Shown here piece after piece: positions 52,851-64,000 of a stretch of DNA of 64,000 nt (the first letter of the stretch is position 1; each line of letters begins with the position of its first letter). This DNA comes from Octopus vulgaris (taxonomy: Eukaryota). A program made the position numbers and the translations under genes. The DNA is taken from contig OX597823.1 in NCBI GenBank assembly GCA_951406725.2, positions 96,162,001 to 96,226,000 on the forward strand, given 5' to 3'. The notes beneath the pieces were generated by a model, which was not told the origin of the DNA, searched no databases, and saw only the letters and a program-made list of their open reading frames with translations.

Positions 52851-53771
52851 GGATGTCGGTTCGGCTGAGGGTTGGGGTAAAGTTGGGGTTTGTGGGTAGG
52901 CCGAGGATGGGGGTAGAGGTGGGGTATGTGGGAGAGGGTGTGTGGGATAGGATGGGATGGGGATGGGATGGATGGGAATGATAGGGAAGGTGGAGTAGAA
53001 ATGTGTAAAGGTGGGTGGGCTTATGGGGAGAGGGGAAGGTGGGTATGTGAGGAGAGAGAGGAGGAGAGAAGAGAGTAAGAGAGAAGAGAGAAAGAGAGGG
53101 TGAAAACGTAAGAGGGAAGAGAGAAAGAGAATAAGAGAGAAGAGAGAAAGAGAGAAGAGAAAAAGAGAGTAAGAAAGAAGAGGGAAAGAGAGTAGGGATG
53201 AAGAGAAGTAGGAGTGAAGAGAAGTAGGAGTGAAGAGAAGTAGGAGTCGGGGCAAGAGAGGAGAGTTGGGTGGGAGGAAGTAGGAGGGTGGGGGAGAGAG
53301 GCAAGGGGAGGAGTTTAGATGAAGAGGGGAGGAGAGTTGAGCCCAAATGGCGTGTGTATATACACACACACACACAAACTCATACATACACACTCACACT
53401 CAAACCCATTAATACATTCTGTGCACTGCACACATTCATATAGTGCAACATAGTACTATAACTTACTTAAACACGCACACATACGCACATACATACACAT
53501 ACACACCTGACCACGTACACTCTTTTTCTCTTTGTCTTTTTCCTTCCCTCTCTCACTTGCATACAACACCCAATCTCAAACGCTAGTCTTTCACTCATAT
53601 TCCTTCCACTCTCCCCCATACCATCACTTACACTCGATAGGTACTCTCACTTGCATACCTGATATGTATATGTATGTATGTATGTATGCATGAAAGGAGA
53701 TAGCCAGAGGCAGATACATTTAGAAATTGCTTGAAGCAGACGACACATTTGTTCTGAGAGGTTTGTTCACC

Positions 53772-53914
53772 ATGGACTACGAAGAAGTGATTGGCACAAT
53801 TGGAGGATGTGGACTTTATCAGAGACTGATGCTAGCTTTCCTCTTCTCTTCAACCATTATGGATGGTTTACAAGTTGGAAGCATGGTTTTTATTGCACCT
53901 GACTTAGATTACAG
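53772..53914 (+). CDS. First coding exon of a divergently oriented SLC22 paralog
   Basis: MDYEEVIGTIGGCGLYQRLMLAFLFSSTIMDGLQVGSMVFIAPDLDY(R) with AG|GTAAGT donor; no exon 2 recognised downstream within the window. Confidence 0.75.
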
Positions 53915-56114
53915 GTAAGTTTATAATGATTTCTTCGTATTATTATTTATTCCAGGTGGGTGGTTCAAATGGTGGTGCTTCAAATCCAAAATTCCTTGAG
54001 ACATTTTTTTCTTTTGTTGTTTGGGTTAAAAACCTTTCTCACTCCAACACCCACCCACATCATGGGTTTTCGATACCTGAAATCTTTACACTTGATTTTA
54101 TCAACCTTTTGAGATAATCCCTGTATATTCTCTGCTCATAATTCATGGAAGGGTCATGGGGTAGAGTCGTCAGGTATCTCACCCATACGGCCCTAAATCT
54201 CTTTCCTAGACACCTAGTTATAGACTTGAAGAGTGAGGCCCTACCAGGAGACCCCCTATAATTAGAGCTCTCTCTCTTTTGTCTCCCTTTTTAAAAACCC
54301 CTTTAGACATCTATAAATAAAATAGTAACGATGTAGTGTCATTGATTTAATCAAGGGTGCTCTCATCCCTTATTCCAGAATTCTTGATTTTTATTTCTCT
54401 CTCTTTTACTTGTTTCAATCATTGGACTGCAGCCATTGGCGTTCAACCTTCTGGGGTCAACTACTGAGATTTAAGGCTTTCAAACAACCCCAGGCCGTAA
54501 TCCCCAAATTTCTGTGCCTTTTGTTAGATGTGATTATTATTTGATTTGTGGATTCGCAGAATTCTTAGGGAACTGGACAAAATAATTTGTGGTATTTAGT
54601 TACAGTTGTTTACATTCTGAGTTCAAATGCCATCAAAGTCACCTTTACCTTTCATTCTTTATAGAGACAATAGAATGAAATTCCAGTAAAGTCCAGTTAA
54701 GGACCAGTCAGGTTTGCCTCGAGCTTATGAGTTCATTTGGCAGGGACATAGCCTACCTTTCAATGACTAAAAATACAAACCTCCTCCTGAATGGATTACC
54801 AGCCCATTACAGGGATAATCTCTCCCACCAATGTATTACTGGTACTTATTTTCATCTTAGTAAACTGGAGTAACACGAAAGGAAGCATTTTACACCAAAA
54901 ACACAATGTGTTGACTGATCTGGGATTTGAAACCATGACCTTGCAGTTATGAGTGCAACATATTAACCATTAGATTGTGTCAGACAAAATTCCTTATGGT
55001 TCTTCTGGTTCTTTACATAGTGAGCTCAAATCCCACTGTGGTCTACGTTGTCTTTCACTCTTCAGGGCTCAGCAAAATTTTTCATCGCTCTAGGGCTAAT
55101 AAAATAAAAGTAACATTCAAATATTAGGGTTGATGTAATTGCCGGCCTTGTGCCAAAATTATAAACAACTAAAGATGATCGTCTGAAAGAGTGGTTAACC
55201 TTTTAGCGTTTAAACCAGCCATATCCAGCCCGAATGTTCAACCTGGTTTATGTTCAAACTGGCCAGATTTGACCTCTTACACCTACCCTACAATGTCATT
55301 CAAGGCATATATAATCAGCAGGCATAGCTGACTGGTAAGAAGATTGTTTCACAACCGCATGGTTCTGGGTTCAGTCTCGCTGCCTGACACATTGAGCAAG
55401 TGTCTTAGGCCGATCAAAATTTTGTCAGTTGATTTGGAAACTGAGAAAAGCTTTTTGCACGCGCGCGCGTGTATTGATATATATTTATATATGTGTATAT
55501 TTCTGTGTTTGTACCCTGCCGCCGCTAGACAACTGGTGTTAGTATTGTGGCAGAAATATAGTCACTACATCCAATGTCACGATTGGCTAGAATAAAAAAA
55601 ATTCTTACCAATCGGGACGCCACTGAGAGCTGACCTCCTGCAGAGATTCTAGCTTTTGGAGCGGCCTCTCTGAACCGATTTTAGGCTAATAAAGCACCAC
55701 ATTTCAAGCACCTAAGGCAGAGCTTTTAGACAGAGCACACACTGTGCTAAAAGCTGCCACACAGAGTGCTGGGAGAGCACGCACAGAGAACACTAAAGGA
55801 ATGGTCTAGCTGAAGAGATGACCGGTTCACTTGACCGCTGAATAAATCTGGAGGCTACGAGATAATCCCAGGATTAATTCCAAGCAATGTGAATAAACCT
55901 GCATTAGATTTGAGAGAGTAATCTGAATGCTAAAGAGTTAAAGTGTCAGAGAAGGTGCCTTGTTCTACTTTTAGTTGTTTATGTTCTGAGATCAAATCCC
56001 AGAGGTCGACTTTACCTTTCATCCCTCCAGGGTCAATAAAATAAAGCCCCACACAAATACTGGTGTCAATGGAATCGTCCAGTGCCCTTGCCACTCTGCC
56101 TAAATTAGCAATTA

Positions 56115-59364
<3,250 letters not shown>

Positions 59365-61013
59365 TGATGGTGAAAATTTGGCAATTATTAATTTTACAAG
59401 AGTGAAGTGACCGAAAATAAGGAAATCGTTTTGAGGATTTGGGGTCCATAACAGCAACATGGGATTTCACAGGTGAAGGGGGCCATGGCTGACCAGCCAA
59501 GACGTAAAGGGCTCCCGTGAATCGTCGTGACTGCTGCTAGTGACATATAAATGGCACCTGTGAATCGTAGTCGTCTCGTTTTTATATTATTCTCTGCATG
59601 TTTTGTGACACTTTTATATGCATTTTATTTCTATGGGTGAATGGACTTTCATAGCAGTAATAGAGAAAGTATTATCATTGCTTTTACTGGATTTGAATTT
59701 AAGCCATTCGTTTTCATTTTTTTAACAACGGATTGCAATTTTATTAACATATTTTTACAGGAATATAAGAAACGTATATTATATTAAAAGCGTAAAAAAT
59801 TAAATTATCAAAGAAAAACACCCATAACTACTTCACTAAGGAAAGAAAAAGGAAGTGGAAGATTAAGCAGCAGAAGATTGGGGTGGGGAGTAATGCGTTG
59901 TACACCTCCGACCAAATGGCATGTTCACCTACACCTCACAGATATTATTGCAAAGGCATTGCTGTGGGGAATGGCCATTGACACTCACTGCAACAGCCAC
60001 CCTACCTTGCAGGGTTCATTCCTCAGACGGGACATAGCTATCCTGATTTTGCTGAGGAAATCTGCAGTATGGGGTCCAGGAATATATATGTATTGAGTAA
60101 GGTATTAGACATCTGTTTTATATAACTTTGTATGTCTGGCCCCATATATGTTGTAACCCCTATGTCAATAACGTTAATTGTATTGTTTGTACAAACCCCC
60201 ACGCCTGATATATGATTCTGTGATTGGAATGACATCTTGGATGCATGCTTGGACATTGTGGAATTCGTTATTATGATAGGGAGCGCAAAAGCCTTGCAAA
60301 CCTGTTTTGAGGTTTCAAGCTGTCTGACAGGTACTGACTAGAAACAGTATTTTGCTGACCAGCACATAAGGATAGCATAGAGTGTCCACAATATAGAGTG
60401 GTCGGCTATTCAAACTACTAGGATTTCACTGCTTCTCATGTTTTGTGGAAGGGACACAGTCTACTGGTCCGATGGTCCATCTACTATCAACACCCACTAG
60501 TTGGAAGACATGGCTGTACAGACATGCGCTGTGGTTACATTCTCCAGTAATTCCTTGATGAGGAACAGGCGGAGGTCATCATTTGGTAGATGTATTTTTG
60601 CCCAGCTTTTCTCTGACAGAGTTGTAATCCTGGGTTGAGCAAAGACCAAGAAAGGGCATCTGGAATGTTGTTAAGCACTCACTGCCCTCTATCAGTTGGG
60701 CAAAATTGTCAACAGAAATTCTAAACTGGCATTGTTTAGAGGATTAGTGGCAGCGAAAAGTACCAATCCTCTTGAGGAATCTCAGAGTGTTGACGAAAAT
60801 CAACTGGCTGGTCTCTTCTGAAAGACTTTAAGTCTGGGCCCATGGATAATTTCCAGAAATCCGTGTTATCTGGAAGTGCTATCTGGAATAGGACATTGCT
60901 AGTTTGAGAGAAACTCTACAGGCTGGGAAGTTCTATCAACTGCACCCAATATATATGCGTGCGCGCGCGCGTGTATAATCAAATGAATAATAACAGACGA
61001 TGGATAATTGTCA

Positions 61014-61100
61014 GCTCATTACAGCTGTTTCTTAAGTAAGTTTTTAATGGAAAAATCGAAACATTATATCATTATAAAAAGCCGTAATCATCAGATGAGC
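61014..61100 (-). ncRNA. Hammerhead ribozyme, canonical core, 50-nt loop II
   Basis: GCUCAU CUGAUGA UUA-(50 nt)-UAA GAA ACAGCUGU A AUGAGC. Confidence 0.75.
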
Positions 61101-62574
61101 AGAAAGTTTAGAAAACATAAGAATATTCAAGAATACAGCCGGGCTGTGTCTGCCGATGCCAACTATTAAATGGTAGAATGAACAATTATTATGTTGCCAG
61201 TTCAGGTTAAGAATGTAGTTCTTGAAAGTGTGTAATTTGATGTCTAAGGTCAGTGACTCGGAATAGAAGGAGCCTGCGAGACTAGATCACAGGTAGACTG
61301 GAGTGGGTTGTAGGAGGAATTTATGATATTAGGTTATGAGTTGTGGTAAGTAAGGAGGGGGTCACCAAACAGTAAGGATAAGGAGAAAAAAGAAGATAAA
61401 ATCAAACGTAAGGGTGCAGAAAAAATAAATCTAAAATAAATATAAAAGCATACGAGCCGAACAGGTAAAGGGTTGGGGTATAGGAATATCTCGCTAGTGG
61501 CAAATGACCAGGGAAGGGGGATAGAGAAACATAGAAATGTAGGGGGTATTCTGTGGAGTGCTACCTATCAATAAGGAGTTTAAAAACTTAAAGCAAGATG
61601 GTGTTATATAATGAATTAAACCTAGTAAGGGATTAGAGTAAATAGCAGATCGGAATCAGGAAGGCCAGTGATAGGGAGTAGTCTAATGATTAACTATGGA
61701 ATGTTAAACGGGTGGCGATGATATCAATATTGGATGGTATAAAGATTTTTGTGTGAATCAGGTGAAGCAACCCAAGATGATAAGTCGCGGGTACGAGGTT
61801 GGGATAATGTATTCTATCCAGTCTATCACGAGCGCTGCCCGCAAAACTGTATGTTGGTGTCAGCAGTAAATAATTAGTAGAAAATGGAAACGAACTGTCT
61901 CGGGTGTGCTACTAGGAGTTAAGTATCACTGTCATCGCTATTGCATAATACCGGGCACACCACGGATAGAATGATTAGTTCTTCCTTCAATATAGCATAA
62001 CATAGAAGTATAATAAGAGCGTTTAAAAGGTAAAGGTAATGGGGAAATGAGACTGGGAGGGCTCAGAAACAAATGGGTAGATCGAGGTCAGTGAGAGAGG
62101 AAGTAAATTGGATCGGACCTAGATTGGAGGCTATTATAGACCGCTGTTTGATGTCCTTAAAGTGTTTAAAGATATTCACTGTCAGATCTCCTTAAAATTT
62201 CAAATAGATCCATGTAGCAAGGTTTGCATCCGTATTTACTGTTTAAGTACGGTCAGCCTGCCACAAATAGGGATAACAGCTGTATGCCACAACTACAAAT
62301 AGTAGCAGCTGTATGGATTCCTTTAGCTTAAGCCCACACAACACTCCTTCTTATAATACTCTCTCCACTAGCCGTAACAACAGCGCACCTATTCCTATTT
62401 ACGTTACCGATATGCTATACGCACAGAACTCTAACACCTGTGCTAGTGATCGTTTCTTTATTCCACCCACCCTCGACCTTCTAGTGTCACTATCTGAAAG
62501 CCAAATCGCTTAGGTCAACGCCCAGTAGCAACACTCTCCAACACAGAACTCGGTAACTAATTTTAATCATGATA

Positions 62575-62714
62575 TTAGGTTGTCCCAAAAGTTCGTAAAC
62601 ACTTGCGAAAATTGAATTTTTACTCGCCAAGTACTAACAAAAACAACAAAATTATTCCTCAAAATAAAGACCATTATTTTCCAAGACTTTCTACGAACTT
62701 TAGGGACAACCTTA
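62575..62714. mobile_element. 140-bp Tc1/mariner-type MITE
   Basis: TIRs TTAGGTTGTCCCAAAAGTTCGTA / TACGAACTTTAGGGACAACCTTA; TA on both sides. Confidence 0.85.
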
Positions 62715-62739
62715 TAGTATCGATCATAGTAATATAAAC

Positions 62740-63140
62740 TCAAGGTGTTGTACTGAATGACCGGTAGAGCGGAAATGGCGCGAGACCGGGGTGTCGTTGC
62801 CGAGTCTAATGTCTCGGAGGTGCTCCGCGAACCGGTCAGCCAAGTGGCGTCCCGTTTGACCGATGTAAAGAGAAGGACAGAAAGAGCAGGAGATGAGTAC
62901 ATGACGTTGCCAGAAGTGCATGTAAAGGAGTCAGTGATATGATAGGGACGATGATGAGTGCCTGTGAGGATGATGGGGTTGGAGAGGTAGGGGCAAGTGC
63001 GGAGGCTTGGGCGGAGGTTCCCGATAGATTCAGGAACTTGGAAAGGTATGCACCATGTAGGGTTGGGTAATGTGTGTGGTTTTGGTCTATGGTTGGTTAG
63101 AGTCGAAATATCAGATAGGATATTTCGGGTGTGTAAACAG
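62740..63140 (-). mobile_element. PLE GIY-YIG endonuclease fragment
   Basis: ISCSFCPSLYIGQTGRHLADRFAEHLRDIRLGNDTPVSRHF; upstream PRLRTCPYL cysteine linker. Confidence 0.8.
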
Positions 63141-63572
63141 AGAAAACAGAGAAAACCAACACTCTACCACACCACACAACACACCACATCCCACCACTCC
63201 GCAACACTAGTACTGACCACTTCCCAGCTCCCACACCCCAACACACACCACCACACACCATCATACCACATCATATCACACCACCCCGCACACTAGTATT
63301 ACCACTTCCCAACATCCACACTGTTATCCACACACCCACACTTTACAGACGCACACACTTACACACGCACACGTCCACACGTCAAGGTCACCATCCCCTA
63401 TCCACACGCACACACACACACACACTCTCGCATAGTTTTGGGATCGCCAATACTTTATTATCTCCCCCTTTTCATAGTTTTTCTGTCTAACCACCTCTGT
63501 CCAACCAGCCACCATCATTGACCGCGAGCCCCTAAAGCCTTTTTATTCTCTCTCTGTTTATTTCCTCGTGTT

Positions 63573-63610
63573 CCATTCTGTTGAAGAGCGTAGGCTCGAA
63601 ACATAAAAGA
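63573..63610 (+). ncRNA. Hammerhead-like motif (A6U variant) in an inverted PLE terminal repeat
   Basis: CUGUUGA A GAGC-GUAG-GCUC GAA ACAU A AAAGA; same family as 52685-52721. Confidence 0.5.
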
Positions 63611-64000
63611 CTTTCTCACCTTCCCGAGCGTTAAACTAACGCACCTGTTTGTTGTTTATACATCTGTCGTCGTCTTTTGATCTTCTGTAAATTCCAGCTA
63701 TATATATATATATATGTGTGTGTGGGTGCGTGTGTGCGTGTGTGAGAGAGAGAGAGAGAGAGAAGAATTTTCTAAACGAAAATTATTCATGAGGAATACC
63801 TCAAAAGGAGGAAAGCCTTAATGAATAGTTTTTTATGTAAATTCTACCTCCTTTTTTAATACATACATACATACATAAATACATACATGATGATGATGAT
63901 GATGATGACGATGATGATGATATATACAAATATAAAATTATAATTTAGGGTAACCAAGAGATACCTCCACGCTGGAAATTGCACTCAAAACTTGACTCTA

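Noticed and set aside
52689-53393. 234-aa and 198-aa Pro/Leu/Ser-rich ORFs
   Set aside because: Low-complexity polypyrimidine tract next to a PLE terminal repeat.
59870-60950. Possible old LINE remnant (also ~19500-20300)
   Set aside because: No diagnostic motif could be read with confidence.

Overview
AT-rich, microsatellite-dense eukaryotic DNA. It is most likely an octopus (coleoid cephalopod); this is inferred from [12 protein letters not shown]-type zinc-finger relics, RTE LINEs with (GAT)n tails, tRNA-derived SINEs and a mollusc-type SLC22 loop exon. The only host gene I can support is a minus-strand SLC22-family organic cation transporter. Four coding exons (143, 223, 104 and 155 nt) have GT donors and consistent phases, the last three also have clear AG acceptors, and the gene runs off the left edge. 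Its first coding exon occurs three times: two tandem minus-strand copies and one divergent plus-strand paralog. Nearly everything else is transposon debris: RTE, R4/Dong-like (in TAA repeats), CR1-like and Penelope-like (PLE) retroelements, mariner, a DD41D Tc1/mariner, a Helitron, SINEs, a MITE and satellites. The most notable hidden layer is about 17 minimal type-I hammerhead ribozyme (HHR) motifs, some degenerate, in PLE-derived elements. They include compensatory U3-A8 and G3-C8 core variants, ~362-nt retrozyme-like monomers, a tRNA-head plus hammerhead SINE inserted as a palindrome with a 16-bp target-site duplication (TSD), and a hammerhead element wrapped around a duplicated copy of the SLC22 first exon. 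Most ORF-track entries are microsatellite or antisense artefacts. All calls were made by eye; no database searches were run.
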